Positions 1 through 9,990 of a stretch of 57,398 bases of DNA are shown piece by piece. Source of the DNA: a bacterium. Its GTDB lineage: Bacteria > SZUA-182 > DTGQ01. The notes beneath the pieces were generated by a model that was not told the origin of the DNA, made no database searches, and saw nothing but the letters and a program-made list of their open reading frames with translations. The stretch is from positions 1 to 57,398 of the forward strand of contig JBFMGO010000026.1 in assembly GCA_040752695.1 (NCBI GenBank). The letters run 5' to 3'. Position numbers and translations under genes: made by a program. Every line of letters begins with the position of its first letter. Positions within the stretch are counted from its first letter, which is position 1.

Positions 1-23
1 TGGAACAATAACACAAAAGGCGC

Positions 24-117
24 TCGAAAACAGCGAGACCGTGTTCGTAAAATAACGAGACTACACTCGTAAAATAACGAGACCGTACTCTTTAACAAAT
101 AACGAGACAGACCGTAG
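24..117. repeat. Degenerate ~22-bp tandem repeat, about 4 units (core TCGTAAAATAACGAGAC)
   Basis: Exact 17-mer TCGTAAAATAACGAGAC at 45-61 and 67-83, with diverged copies at 24-44 and 89-117. Confidence 0.8.
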
Positions 118-251
118 AGGGATTTCCCTTTATCGATATGCGGGATCTCGGACGGTCTCAAATTTCCAACCTCGCCGCCCTTTTCTTCCTTTGTTGGAGG
201 GGAGAGAAAAATGAGGTGATGGCGATATCTTGATAAGGTAAGGTCTTACAT

Positions 252-1286
252 ATGCGCATTGCACAGATTGCGCCATTATTTGAGAGCGTTCCCCCAAAGT
301 ACTATGGAGGAACCGAGCGTGTGGTATCCTATCTTACCGAGGAGTTGGTACGAAAAGGCCATGAGGTGACCCTGTTTGCAAGTGGGGACTCCGTCACCAG
401 TGCCCGCCTTATCGCTCCCTGCGAGCGGGGCCTGAGGCTTGATAAGTGCTGTCAGGACAGCATGGCCCATCATGTACTGATGTTGGAGCAGGTTTTCAAG
501 GTTGCGGATCAGTTTGATATTGCCCATTTTCACATAGACTATATACATTTTCCCACGTTAAGGCGATTCAGGATTCCCCATGTCAGCACTCTCCATGGGA
601 GGCTGGATATTCCGGACTGGGTGGCCCTTTACCGGGAATTTTGTGAAATGCCCGTGATTTCCATATCGAAAAGTCAGCAAAAACCGCTTTCATGGGTCAA
701 TTGGCAGGGAACCATCTACCATGGCCTTCCAAAAGACCTTTACTCCTTAAGAGAGAACGATGGCAAATATCTGGCCTTTCTTGGCCGCATTTCACCCGAG
801 AAGCGGCTGGACCGGGCTATTCGAATCGCCAGACGTGCCGGAATCGAGCTTCGGATTGCAGCCAAGGTCGATCCGGAGAATCTTGATTATTTCAATGATG
901 TGGTAAAGCCTCTGCTCAGAGACCCGCTGGTGGAATACATCGGTGAGATTGGAGAGGCTGAAAAAAATGATTTTCTGGGAGATGCCTGTGCGCTGCTTTT
1001 TCCCATTGACTGGCCGGAACCTTTCGGGCTGGTAATGATCGAGGCCATGGCCTGTGGAACGCCGGTTATCGCCTACAGCTCAGGCTCTGTTCCGGAGATT
1101 ATCGAGGATGGGGTTACGGGGTTTTTAGTGAATGGATTTGAGGAGGCAGTGAAGGCAGTAAGCCGGATCCCCACCTTGAGCCGCAGGCAGTGCCGTAAGG
1201 TTTTCGAGGAGCGGTTTTCCTCGACGCGGCTGGCAGAGGATTACCTGAAGCTTTTCGAGCGGCTGACCGCTGCTCGGGGAAAATAA
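252..1286 (+). CDS. Glycosyltransferase family 4 (GT-B) protein
   Basis: N-terminal MRIAQIAPLFESVPPKYYGGTERVV; GRISPEK; EPFGLVMIEAMACGTPVIA (GT4 EX7E motif). Confidence 0.92.
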   Translation: MRIAQIAPLFESVPPKYYGGTERVVSYLTEELVRKGHEVTLFASGDSVTSARLIAPCERGLRLDKCCQDSMAHHVLMLEQVFKVADQFDIAHFHIDYIHFPTLRRFRIPHVSTLHGRLDIPDWVALYREFCEMPVISISKSQQKPLSWVNWQGTIYHGLPKDLYSLRENDGKYLAFLGRISPEKRLDRAIRIARRAGIELRIAAKVDPENLDYFNDVVKPLLRDPLVEYIGEIGEAEKNDFLGDACALLFPIDWPEPFGLVMIEAMACGTPVIAYSSGSVPEIIEDGVTGFLVNGFEEAVKAVSRIPTLSRRQCRKVFEERFSSTRLAEDYLKLFERLTAARGK

Positions 1287-1380
1287 AAGAGCACTCAAAA
1301 TAGAGGGCGCTTTAAGGAAGGCAGAGCGGGTAATCCGGGGATCGGGATACGATAACAATACAAAAGTGCAGGAAGGGCGC

Positions 1381-3567
1381 ATGCGGGGCAAGGAGGCTCT
1401 TGTGGAAGAGAACATTCATGTTGAAGACGAATTTTATATTCTTGCAACGTTCTCCATAGCTGAAAAAAACAGGCGGGTCCTCAAGGAGGGAGAGACCTTT
1501 GCCGTGTTTGACCAGTATGGAGACGTTCTGTGTATTGGAAAGTGTGAGCAGGGCCTTTTTCATGAAGGGACGAGGTTTCTTTCCCGTCTGGAGCTGCGCC
1601 TGGGGAATAACCGTCCCCTGCTTCTCAGTTCAACGATCAGGGAGACCAACGAGGTTCTGGCCGTAGATCTTACCAATCTCGATATTCTGGTTGATGATCA
1701 GGTTTTGATTCAGAGGGGCACCCTGCATATCTTCCGTTCCAAATTCCTCTGGCAGGGGGCGAGTTTCGAGCGCATCCGGGTCTCGAATTACGGACTCACG
1801 CAGGTCAAGGCCGGTTTTTCTTTGCGGTTTGATGCGGATTTTGTCGATATCTTCGAGGTCCGGGGGATGGTCAGAGAAAGAAGGGGCAAAAGGCTTGAGG
1901 ATAGGGTCGAGGAGTCAAGAGTCATCCTTTCCTATGAAGGGCTGGATGGAAAGGTCCGTCAAACACACATTGAATTTTCACCCTGGCCGGATGGGCTCAC
2001 CTCATCCGAGGCGTGCTTCAATGTCGAGCTTGAGCCGCAGCAGACAGCCGTATTCTTCATGACTGTGTACTGTACGTGTGGCCCAGGCAAGTATTTACCT
2101 CAATCCTACCAGAGTGCCTGGGCCGAAGCCGGAAAATCGCTCAAAAGCCTCAGGTGCGAGATTTGTAAAATTCATACCTCTCATGAACAATTCAACGAGT
2201 GGCTGGACAGGTCCCAGGCGGATCTTTACATGATGCTCACCAAAACCTCTCAGGGCATCTATCCATATGCGGGGGTTCCCTGGTTCAGCACGGCTTTTGG
2301 CAGGGATGGCATCATTACGGCACTGCAAATGCTGTGGGTTGACCCGGATATCGCCCGTGGGGTACTGGCTTTTCTGGCCTTTACGCAGGCAAAAGAGAAC
2401 AATCCCGGCCAGGATGCGGAGCCGGGCAAGATCCTTCACGAAATCCGCAAGGGAGAGATGGCCGAGTTGGGAGAAATTCCTTTTGGCCGCTACTATGGCA
2501 CGGTGGATGCCACGCCGCTTTTCATCATTCTCGCCGGCGCTTACTATGAGAGGAGCGCAGACCGGGAGTTTATCGAGTCCATCTGGCCGAATATCGAATC
2601 GGCCCTCGAATGGATCGATACCTATGGAGATGTGGACGGCGATGGATTTGTGGAGTATCAGCGCCATATACCCGAAGGACTGGTCAATCAGGGCTGGAAG
2701 GATTCCCATGATTCGATATTTCATGCTGATGGAACCATGGCTCAAGGGCCGATTGCTCTGTGTGAGGTCCAGGGGTACGTTTATGATGCCAAGCGAAGAG
2801 CGGCTCAGTTGGCTTCGGTTTTGGGATATACCGAAGCGGCCGCACGTCTCATGGCCCAGGCCCAGGCACTCAAGGAGCGCTTCGAGAAGACTTTCTGGTG
2901 TGAGGATCTCTCCATCTATGCTCTTGCTTTGGATGGAAATAAAAAACCGTGCCGCGTCCGTACTTCAAATGCCGGTCACTGCCTTTTTTCCGGTATCGCC
3001 AGTAAAGAGCATGCCAGGCGCACTGCCGAGAGCCTCCTTGACAATACCTTCTTTTCCGGCTGGGGCATCAGGACCGTGGCGGATACAGAAAAGCGGTACA
3101 ATCCCATGTCTTATCATAATGGCTCAATCTGGCCCCACGACAATTCTCTTATTGCTTATGGATTGTCTCGCTACAAGTTAAATGGAATGATTCCTAAAAT
3201 CATGACCGGTCTTCTCGATGCCACCCTATCCATGGATCTTCACCGGATGCCGGAGCTTTTCTGCGGATTCGTCCGGCGGCCGGGCGAAGGCCCCACTCTG
3301 TATCCTGTTGCCTGTGCGCCGCAGTCCTGGGCAATTGGCTCCGTATTTTTGCTCCTTCAAGCCTGTCTAGGGCTTTCAGTAAACGCAAACGAAGGCAATG
3401 TCTGCTTCTGCCATCCCTTCCTACCGGATTTTCTTGAGGAGGTGGAGATTAAAAACCTCAGGGTTGGAAAGGCATCGGTTGACCTTTTGCTCAGGCGGCA
3501 TATCGAGGACGTGGGAGTTATGGTGCTGCGAAGGGAAGGTGCTGTCGGCGTTACGGTGATAAAATAA
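1381..3567 (+). CDS. Amylo-alpha-1,6-glucosidase / glycogen-debranching-like (alpha/alpha)6 glycosidase
   Basis: AGVPWFSTAFGRDG, AEPGKILHE, NQGWKDS, YHNGSIWPHDN and PELFCGF motifs; ATG at 1381 chosen (ORF opens at GTG 1366). Confidence 0.9.
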   Translation: MRGKEALVEENIHVEDEFYILATFSIAEKNRRVLKEGETFAVFDQYGDVLCIGKCEQGLFHEGTRFLSRLELRLGNNRPLLLSSTIRETNEVLAVDLTNLDILVDDQVLIQRGTLHIFRSKFLWQGASFERIRVSNYGLTQVKAGFSLRFDADFVDIFEVRGMVRERRGKRLEDRVEESRVILSYEGLDGKVRQTHIEFSPWPDGLTSSEACFNVELEPQQTAVFFMTVYCTCGPGKYLPQSYQSAWAEAGKSLKSLRCEICKIHTSHEQFNEWLDRSQADLYMMLTKTSQGIYPYAGVPWFSTAFGRDGIITALQMLWVDPDIARGVLAFLAFTQAKENNPGQDAEPGKILHEIRKGEMAELGEIPFGRYYGTVDATPLFIILAGAYYERSADREFIESIWPNIESALEWIDTYGDVDGDGFVEYQRHIPEGLVNQGWKDSHDSIFHADGTMAQGPIALCEVQGYVYDAKRRAAQLASVLGYTEAAARLMAQAQALKERFEKTFWCEDLSIYALALDGNKKPCRVRTSNAGHCLFSGIASKEHARRTAESLLDNTFFSGWGIRTVADTEKRYNPMSYHNGSIWPHDNSLIAYGLSRYKLNGMIPKIMTGLLDATLSMDLHRMPELFCGFVRRPGEGPTLYPVACAPQSWAIGSVFLLLQACLGLSVNANEGNVCFCHPFLPDFLEEVEIKNLRVGKASVDLLLRRHIEDVGVMVLRREGAVGVTVIK

Positions 3568-3569
3568 AC

Positions 3570-3690
3570 CGCAAAAGACAAGTGCTCCAGGAAAGAGCAA
3601 AGGATACAGGATAAAGAACAAAAGACAAAGAGCAAAAGATAAGGACCAAAAGACCAAGAGACAAAAAACATAAGGATACAGGATGAAAGA
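3570..3690. repeat. Purine-rich low-complexity intergenic repeat (CAAAAGA/GGATACA-like short units)
   Basis: Repeated CAAAAGA(C/T), AGGATACAGGAT twice. Confidence 0.55.
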
Positions 3691-3711
3691 ATTCCTGATG
3701 AGGAGCGGGTT

Positions 3712-4380
3712 ATGATCGATGATCAACATGAGGGACCGGTTGAAGTTAAGATCCCTGCTGACACGGTGTTTCTTGAAGGAACTCTGGCAGTACCAAAGGG
3801 AGCATCCGGCGTGGTCGTATTTGCCCATGGAAGCGGAAGCAGCCGACACAGCCCCCGCAACAATTATGTGGCTTCTGTGCTGCGCACAGAAGGGATCGGC
3901 ACTCTTTTGTTTGATCTTTTGACAGAATCAGAGGATGAAGTGTATGAAAGGCGCTTCGATATCGATCTTTTAACCCGGCGGTTGGTTGCAGTCACAGAGT
4001 GGCTGAGCACAATGTCCGGGGTCGAAGGGAAGAAAATCGGCTATTTCGGATCCAGCACAGGAGCGGCTGCTGCTCTGCGGGCAGCGGCAATACTCGGCCC
4101 TGCCATAAGTGCAGTAGTATCAAGGGGTGGGCGGCCTGACATGGCATCTTCCGTGCTCTCTTCCGTAAAGTCACCGACCCTGCTCATCGTAGGAGGACTG
4201 GACTACACGGTACTTTTCCTGAACCGGCAGGCATATGCCGGCCTGAGAGGAGAAAAGGACCTGGCGATTATTTCCGGCGCATCCCACCTTTTCGAAGAGC
4301 CTGGCAAGATCGAGGAAGTTGCACAACGTGCGGCTCAGTGGTTTAAACGCTACCTTGGCGCTGCCGCTAAGTTAAAGTAA
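3712..4380 (+). CDS. Alpha/beta hydrolase, dienelactone-hydrolase-like
   Basis: FAHGSGSSRHSPRN, GYFGSSTGAAAA nucleophile elbow, SRGGRPD, GASHLFEEPG. Confidence 0.85.
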   Translation: MIDDQHEGPVEVKIPADTVFLEGTLAVPKGASGVVVFAHGSGSSRHSPRNNYVASVLRTEGIGTLLFDLLTESEDEVYERRFDIDLLTRRLVAVTEWLSTMSGVEGKKIGYFGSSTGAAAALRAAAILGPAISAVVSRGGRPDMASSVLSSVKSPTLLIVGGLDYTVLFLNRQAYAGLRGEKDLAIISGASHLFEEPGKIEEVAQRAAQWFKRYLGAAAKLK

Positions 4381-4495
4381 ACTGATACGTCCCGGCGATA
4401 AGCACAAGGATCATAAGGAAATAACAGGATCTAGAAAGCACCCGGCAGCTTTTTCCCTGAACGGGGGCTTTAAAGAAAGGAGCGTGAGGTTCATT

Positions 4496-6151
4496 ATGCA
4501 CAATGAACCAAGGCAGCGGCAGAACTACGCCGATATTCTCGATCAGTTGAAGACGTTTTTCCCGGGGCCGACATCAAACCCTATCATGGATGGCTACTTC
4601 GTTCATACGGTCTCGCATTTTCTCGATCGTGTGGACAGTTTAAAATCCGCTGCACCCATTTTGGGTATAGAACAAAAAAAGCGATACGAGAACGGCGGGG
4701 GTTTCCCGGAAAGGATGAGTTCGGTGGAGGAGATGACCGAGATGCTTGCCGACTACTGCCAGGGCATGATCGTCTGGGCACATCCTAACTGCCAGGCGCA
4801 GGTCATTGCTCCTCCAACCGTGCCGAGTATCATGGCCTTCGTGGCCGGTGCCATTTACAATCCGAATATCCTTTCGGACGAGTATTCGGCCCGGTTCGCC
4901 GAGGCCGAGCTCGAGGCGATAGCCATGCTCTGCGGCCTTGTCGGTTACGATCCGCAAAAGGCGGGCGGCAACTTCACGTTCGGCGGCACGGGCACGATTC
5001 TCTACGGCTGCAAACTGGGTCTCGAGAAGCTTTTTTCCGGGAGGCTCATGAACGATGGCCTGCGCGAGGACGTAAAGATTGTGACTTCGGCCTCATCACA
5101 CTATACGCGGCTCAATGCCGCCGGCTGGCTGGGAATGGGCACCAGGAACGTAGTCCCTATACCGGCTACCAGGAATAATGAAATGTCACTGATAGACCTC
5201 GAAAGGTATCTTCGCCGCGCGCTTGAGGGGGGAGAGAAGATAGCAGCCATCATAGCCACCATGGGCACTACCGACGCTTTCGGAATCGATGATCTTTCGG
5301 CAATCGTTCATCTGAGAGATCAACTTGCGGAAGAGTATAACCTGGAGCACCCGCCACACATCCATGCAGATTCGGTTATTGGCTGGGCATGGATCGTTTT
5401 TCGCGACTATGATTTTGAAGCGAATCCCCTCGGCTTTCATGCCAGGACACTCCGCTCGCTCCGTGATTCTGTCGAACTGGTCAGGGCTCTGTCAATGGCT
5501 GACAGCCTTGGCATCGATTTCCACAAGACAGGCTATGCACCCTTTATCTCCAGCGTCTTTTTGGTCAAGGACAGGAATGATTTGAAACTTCTCAGCCGTG
5601 AACCCGAACAGATGCCATACCTTTACCGGTATGGCCGCTATAATCCGGGAATTTACACTCTGGAATGCTCCCGCTCAGGGGCAAGCGCTCTGGCTGCCCT
5701 GGTGAATATCCGGCTGCTTGGCAAGGAAGGCTACCGGGTCATTATCGGACACGTCGTGGAAATGTCGGAGATGCTGCGGGAGCGGCTGGAAGCATACCCC
5801 TTTGTCCAGATTCTTAACGATTATAACTACGGGCCGGTTACCCTCTTTCGAGTTTATCCTGACGGCGTGAATCCCAGGGAGGCTTTTCAGCGGGAGCAGG
5901 CCGACCCCCATTACCGGAAAAACCTTGAGGAACATAATGCCTATAACCGTCACATCTTTGAACATATCCATGAACAGGCTCTGGCTGGAAAAGGTGTCCT
6001 TTTGTCATGGACGGAAAACTACCGGCAGGCAGGCTATGATGCCGCTCCCCCTATTGCAGCCATAAAGTCGTTTATCATGAGCCCGTGGACCGGCTTTGAC
6101 GCTGTGGACACCGTGGCCCGGCAAGTCGCAAGGGCGAGGGAACAGGGATGA
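4496..6151 (+). CDS. Group II pyridoxal-phosphate-dependent decarboxylase
   Basis: GNFTFGGT, SHY, ATMGTT, HIHADSVIG, and PLP lysine in DFHKTGY; SD GAGGT before ATG 4496. Confidence 0.85.
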   Translation: MHNEPRQRQNYADILDQLKTFFPGPTSNPIMDGYFVHTVSHFLDRVDSLKSAAPILGIEQKKRYENGGGFPERMSSVEEMTEMLADYCQGMIVWAHPNCQAQVIAPPTVPSIMAFVAGAIYNPNILSDEYSARFAEAELEAIAMLCGLVGYDPQKAGGNFTFGGTGTILYGCKLGLEKLFSGRLMNDGLREDVKIVTSASSHYTRLNAAGWLGMGTRNVVPIPATRNNEMSLIDLERYLRRALEGGEKIAAIIATMGTTDAFGIDDLSAIVHLRDQLAEEYNLEHPPHIHADSVIGWAWIVFRDYDFEANPLGFHARTLRSLRDSVELVRALSMADSLGIDFHKTGYAPFISSVFLVKDRNDLKLLSREPEQMPYLYRYGRYNPGIYTLECSRSGASALAALVNIRLLGKEGYRVIIGHVVEMSEMLRERLEAYPFVQILNDYNYGPVTLFRVYPDGVNPREAFQREQADPHYRKNLEEHNAYNRHIFEHIHEQALAGKGVLLSWTENYRQAGYDAAPPIAAIKSFIMSPWTGFDAVDTVARQVARAREQG

Positions 6152-6213
6152 GCGGTAAAGTGGCAGGGATGAGCCGGTAAAAAGCGGTCAGGAATTAAAT
6201 TCTTCCCGTGCTG

Positions 6214-6242
6214 TTGACAGATGGAACGAGCCATGGTATCAT
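6214..6242 (+). promoter_or_regulatory. Sigma70-type promoter for the RHH-sat-cysC operon
   Basis: TTGACA-17 bp-TATCAT with an extended -10 TG. Confidence 0.7.
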
Positions 6243-6302
6243 TTTCCCTGAGCACTCTTATAAGAATCCTATTGGAGTGTAACGAAAGGTGGAGAAGAAC
6301 CG

Positions 6303-6533
6303 ATGAACTCAGGAGATAATAAAGACAAGGTTACCATAAAAATTCCCAGACGACTGTACGAAGAAGTCAAGACATTGATTGCGGACACGGGCTTTAGCAG
6401 TGCCACGGAATTTATCGTCTATGTACTGCGGGACATTGTGGCTGGAGGAAAACTTCAGAAGCAGGAATCCGTAGATTCGGAAGAGATGGAGCTTATCCGC
6501 AAACGGCTTAGGGCCCTGGGGTACATTAAGTGA
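6303..6533 (+). CDS. Ribbon-helix-helix (CopG-like) protein with C-terminal RLRALGY tail
   Basis: VTIKIPRRLYEEVK...GFSSATEFIVYVLRD fits the RHH beta-alpha-alpha pattern; SD GGAG. Confidence 0.8.
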   Translation: MNSGDNKDKVTIKIPRRLYEEVKTLIADTGFSSATEFIVYVLRDIVAGGKLQKQESVDSEEMELIRKRLRALGYIK

Positions 6534-6607
6534 GGGAAACATATTCAATTTCAATATCTAAAGAGTAAACCTGCTTGACATCGCAGCATTTACATTGGGA
6601 GAAAGAG

Positions 6608-7765
6608 ATGATCAAACCGCATGGAGGGAAATTAATCAACAGGGTTTTAGAAGGCGCAGCTAAAGAGGCGGCCATAGAAAGGGGCAAGAGCCTGCCGAAG
6701 ATTTCCATCGGGCAGGATACCTTGACTGACCTTGAAAATATCGCTCAAGGGGTTTTCAGCCCCCTGGAAGGATTTATGAACCAGGCAGACTTTCGGAGCG
6801 TCGTTGACCATATGCGACTGGCCAATGGTTTAGCCTGGACGATCCCCATCACGCTGGATGTGAGCCGCAAGATGGCCGACCAATTGAAGCCTGGCTCGGA
6901 AGTCGCCCTGATGGACCCGGCCGGCGATATGGCCGCAATCTTGTACTTAGAGGATAAATATACTTTTGACCGTGAGGAGATGGCCCGTCAGGTGTTCAAA
7001 ACGACGGACGATAAACATCCCGGAGTTAAAAAGGTATATGAAATGGGCGATGTGCTCTTAGGGGGCAGAATCGACCTGGTGAAAGAGCAGCCTGACCCTT
7101 ATGCCCGCTATAACCTGTCTCCGCAGGAAACCCGCACGCTGTTCAAGGAAAAGGGCTGGGATACGGTGGTCGCTTTTCAGACCCGAAATCCGGTCCACCG
7201 GGCCCATGAATATCTGCAAAAGTGTGCCCTGGAAGTGGTGGACGGGCTCCTTCTTCACCCCCTGGTCGGTGGAACCAAGAGCGATGACATACCTACGGAT
7301 ATACGGATAAAGTGCTACGAGGTTATTGTCAAGAACTACTATCATCCGCAGCGCACCGTGTTTTCGGTCATGCCGGTCAATATGCGCTACGCTGGACCGA
7401 GGGAAGCCATCTTTCATGCTCTTTTGCGGAAAAACTATGGCTGCACGCACTTTATCGTGGGCAGGGACCATGCCGGTGTAGGCAATTACTATGGAACCTA
7501 CGATGCCCACTATATCTTCCGCGAATTTGAGCCCCAGGAACTGGCGATCACTCCCTTTTTCTTTGAACACGCCTTCTATTGCAGGCAGTGCGGAGGTATG
7601 GCCTCCAGCAAGACCTGCCCTCATAACAGCGCTGAGCATGTATTCCTGAGCGGGACCAAGGTTCGGGAGATGCTGAGCCGGGGGGAGATTCCTCCGAAAG
7701 AGTTTACCCGGCAGGAAGTAGCTGAGGTACTCATCGAAGGGCTCCGGCAAAGGCAGCAGCAATAA
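6608..7765 (+). CDS. sat: Sulfate adenylyltransferase (ATP sulfurylase)
   Basis: [50 protein letters not shown]; start at ATG 6608. Confidence 0.97.
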   Translation: MIKPHGGKLINRVLEGAAKEAAIERGKSLPKISIGQDTLTDLENIAQGVFSPLEGFMNQADFRSVVDHMRLANGLAWTIPITLDVSRKMADQLKPGSEVALMDPAGDMAAILYLEDKYTFDREEMARQVFKTTDDKHPGVKKVYEMGDVLLGGRIDLVKEQPDPYARYNLSPQETRTLFKEKGWDTVVAFQTRNPVHRAHEYLQKCALEVVDGLLLHPLVGGTKSDDIPTDIRIKCYEVIVKNYYHPQRTVFSVMPVNMRYAGPREAIFHALLRKNYGCTHFIVGRDHAGVGNYYGTYDAHYIFREFEPQELAITPFFFEHAFYCRQCGGMASSKTCPHNSAEHVFLSGTKVREMLSRGEIPPKEFTRQEVAEVLIEGLRQRQQQ

Positions 7766-7883
7766 GGCTTTTTCAGTCCGAATGACGGATATTCACAAGA
7801 CCAATAGAGACCAGCAGAAGACCAATAAAGACCGACATGATGATAATCAACGAAAAGGTATAAACTATGTGAGGAGGCAAGAG

Positions 7884-8543
7884 ATGGGATGTAAAGGGCT
7901 CAAAAATAATAGCGAACAAAAAGGGTTTACCCTCTGGTTTACCGGTTTGTCAGGAGCGGGAAAAACAACCATTGCCGAAAGAGTCGAGCAGGTTCTGCGC
8001 GACCGGGGCTTGAAGGTGGAGTCATTGGACGGTGACGTGGTCCGCATGAATTTAAGCAAGGGCCTGGGTTTCAGCAAGGAGGACCGCGACACGAATATCA
8101 AAAGGATCGGCTTTGTCTGCAAGCTTTTGACCCGTAACGGCGTCATTGCTATTGCCTCGGCCATCTCTCCCTACCGGGAAATCCGTGACTACAACCGCCG
8201 GGAGATTGGTAACTTTGTCGAGGTTTTTGTCAAGTGTCCACTCGATGTCTGCATTGAGCGGGATGTCAAGGGACTTTACAAAAAGGCCCTGGCCGGAGAG
8301 ATCAAAAACTATACGGGAGTCTCCGACCCTTACGAAGAGCCGCTGAATCCGGAAGTAATCGTGGAAACGGATAAAGAATCGATTGAAGAAAGCGCAGCCA
8401 AAGTGATCGACCGGTTGATGGAGCTCGGATATTTTCCCGACGGATTCGAAAGCGCACTGGAGGAAGGGGCCGAAGAGGAAATCTACTCCGAGGAAGAAGA
8501 GGAGAAAATCAAGCAGAGGCTGCGTGATCTGGGGTATATTTGA
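7884..8543 (+). CDS. cysC: Adenylyl-sulfate (APS) kinase with acidic C-terminal extension
   Basis: [43 protein letters not shown] before ATG 7884. Confidence 0.96.
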   Translation: MGCKGLKNNSEQKGFTLWFTGLSGAGKTTIAERVEQVLRDRGLKVESLDGDVVRMNLSKGLGFSKEDRDTNIKRIGFVCKLLTRNGVIAIASAISPYREIRDYNRREIGNFVEVFVKCPLDVCIERDVKGLYKKALAGEIKNYTGVSDPYEEPLNPEVIVETDKESIEESAAKVIDRLMELGYFPDGFESALEEGAEEEIYSEEEEEKIKQRLRDLGYI

Positions 8544-8544
8544 T

Positions 8545-9921
8545 ATGGCCTGGATAAAGAGAATAAAAGGCGAATCAAAAGGCGGGTCAAAGAAAAAAAG
8601 GGTGCTGGTCATCGGGCTGGACGGTGTCCCTTATACGTTCCTGACGCACCCGAAGAATGCGGGGAAATTTCCCAGGATGCAGGAGCTTTTTCAAAACGGA
8701 GCCTTTCAAAGGATGCGCTCGGTGATTCCCACGATTTCATCGGTGGCCTGGTCATCATTTATGACCGGACGGAATCCGGCCAAGCATAATATCTATGGCT
8801 TCATCGACCGCAAAGCTAACCCTTTCGAGCCCTTCATCCCTACCGCAAGTAACATGAAGAGCAGCACACTATGGCAGATTTTAAGCCAGGCCCAAAAGCG
8901 GGTAGTCGTCATCAACGTGCCGGTCACATACCCGCCAAAGCCGGTCAACGGCATTCTCGTCGGTTGCTTTTTAGCTACTAAACTGGACAAGGCTGCCTAT
9001 CCTGCCTCGGTTGTCCCAAAACTGAAGGAACTGGGATACGTGATCGACGTGGATGCCTGGCTGGCCAGAAAGGACAGGAAAAAATTTTTGGAGGAACTGC
9101 ATGTGGCTCTCGACCGGCGGGTGGCCACGGCCAGATATTTCCTCGAACAGGAAGAGTGGGATTTTTTTCAGGTGCATGTCATGGAGACCGATCGCATCAA
9201 CCATTTTTTCTGGGAAGCATGGGAAAACGGCCATCCGGAATTTGCCCCCGAATTCATTCGGTATTATCAAAAAATCGACGACTATGTCGGCCAAATCCAC
9301 GATCAGTTTGTCGAGCAAAACCCGGAAACTGAATTTATCCTCCTGTCCGATCACGGATTTTGCTCGATCAGGCAGGAAGTATTTGTCAATCAATGGCTTT
9401 GTGAGAAAGGATTTCTCAAATTCACGGGCGAAAAGCCCGACCTCAAACAGATGCATCCTGAAACTACGGCCTACAGCCTGATTCCGGGCAGGATCTTTCT
9501 CAATGTGCGGGGCCGGGAATACTGCGGCAGGATAGAGCCGGGTGAAAACTATGAGAAGACCTGCCAACAACTTGCCGGAGCGCTTATGGAAATGAAGGAC
9601 CCGGCAAACGGAGAGCCCATTCTGGACAGGGTGGTAAGGAGGGACGAGATTTACCATGGCCCTTATCTGGATCAGGCGGCGGACCTCGTAGCAGTACCGA
9701 GGGACGGCTACGACCTGAAAGGCAATATCGACCAGACAGCCCTGACCGGCCGCAGTGAGCTCGAAGGAATGCATACCTATGATGATGCCTTCTTTTACCT
9801 GAAGGGTAAAAGCGTGAATGAAACCGGCTTCGACATCCACGCCCTCGCTCCGACTATCCTCAAGTTAATGGATGTACCTATCCCTGCCGATATGGACCGC
9901 GGTTCTCTGCCGGTAGAGTAA
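8545..9921 (+). CDS. Alkaline-phosphatase-superfamily (type I phosphodiesterase/NPP-like) protein
   Basis: IGLDG, PTISSVAWSSFMTG, DRINH, SDHGF and GMH metal/nucleophile motifs. Confidence 0.88.
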   Translation: MAWIKRIKGESKGGSKKKRVLVIGLDGVPYTFLTHPKNAGKFPRMQELFQNGAFQRMRSVIPTISSVAWSSFMTGRNPAKHNIYGFIDRKANPFEPFIPTASNMKSSTLWQILSQAQKRVVVINVPVTYPPKPVNGILVGCFLATKLDKAAYPASVVPKLKELGYVIDVDAWLARKDRKKFLEELHVALDRRVATARYFLEQEEWDFFQVHVMETDRINHFFWEAWENGHPEFAPEFIRYYQKIDDYVGQIHDQFVEQNPETEFILLSDHGFCSIRQEVFVNQWLCEKGFLKFTGEKPDLKQMHPETTAYSLIPGRIFLNVRGREYCGRIEPGENYEKTCQQLAGALMEMKDPANGEPILDRVVRRDEIYHGPYLDQAADLVAVPRDGYDLKGNIDQTALTGRSELEGMHTYDDAFFYLKGKSVNETGFDIHALAPTILKLMDVPIPADMDRGSLPVE

Positions 9922-9955
9922 GGAATAAAGGGAAAAAGACAGGAATCAGATTCAG

Positions 9956-9990
9956 GAGGCAGGGGCGATTCCCTGCCTCTTATTCCTTTC
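9956..9990 (+). terminator. Probable intrinsic terminator hairpin after the sulfate operon
   Basis: GAGGCAGGG-gcgatt-CCCTGCCTC followed by a T-rich tail. Confidence 0.55.

Noticed and set aside
24..117. Possible CRISPR or plasmid iterons
   Set aside because: The period is only 22 bp with no spacers; there is no rep gene and the context is chromosomal
6608..7765. Evidence for dissimilatory sulfate reduction
   Set aside because: sat is paired with cysC, not aprAB/qmo/dsr; the window alone cannot support it
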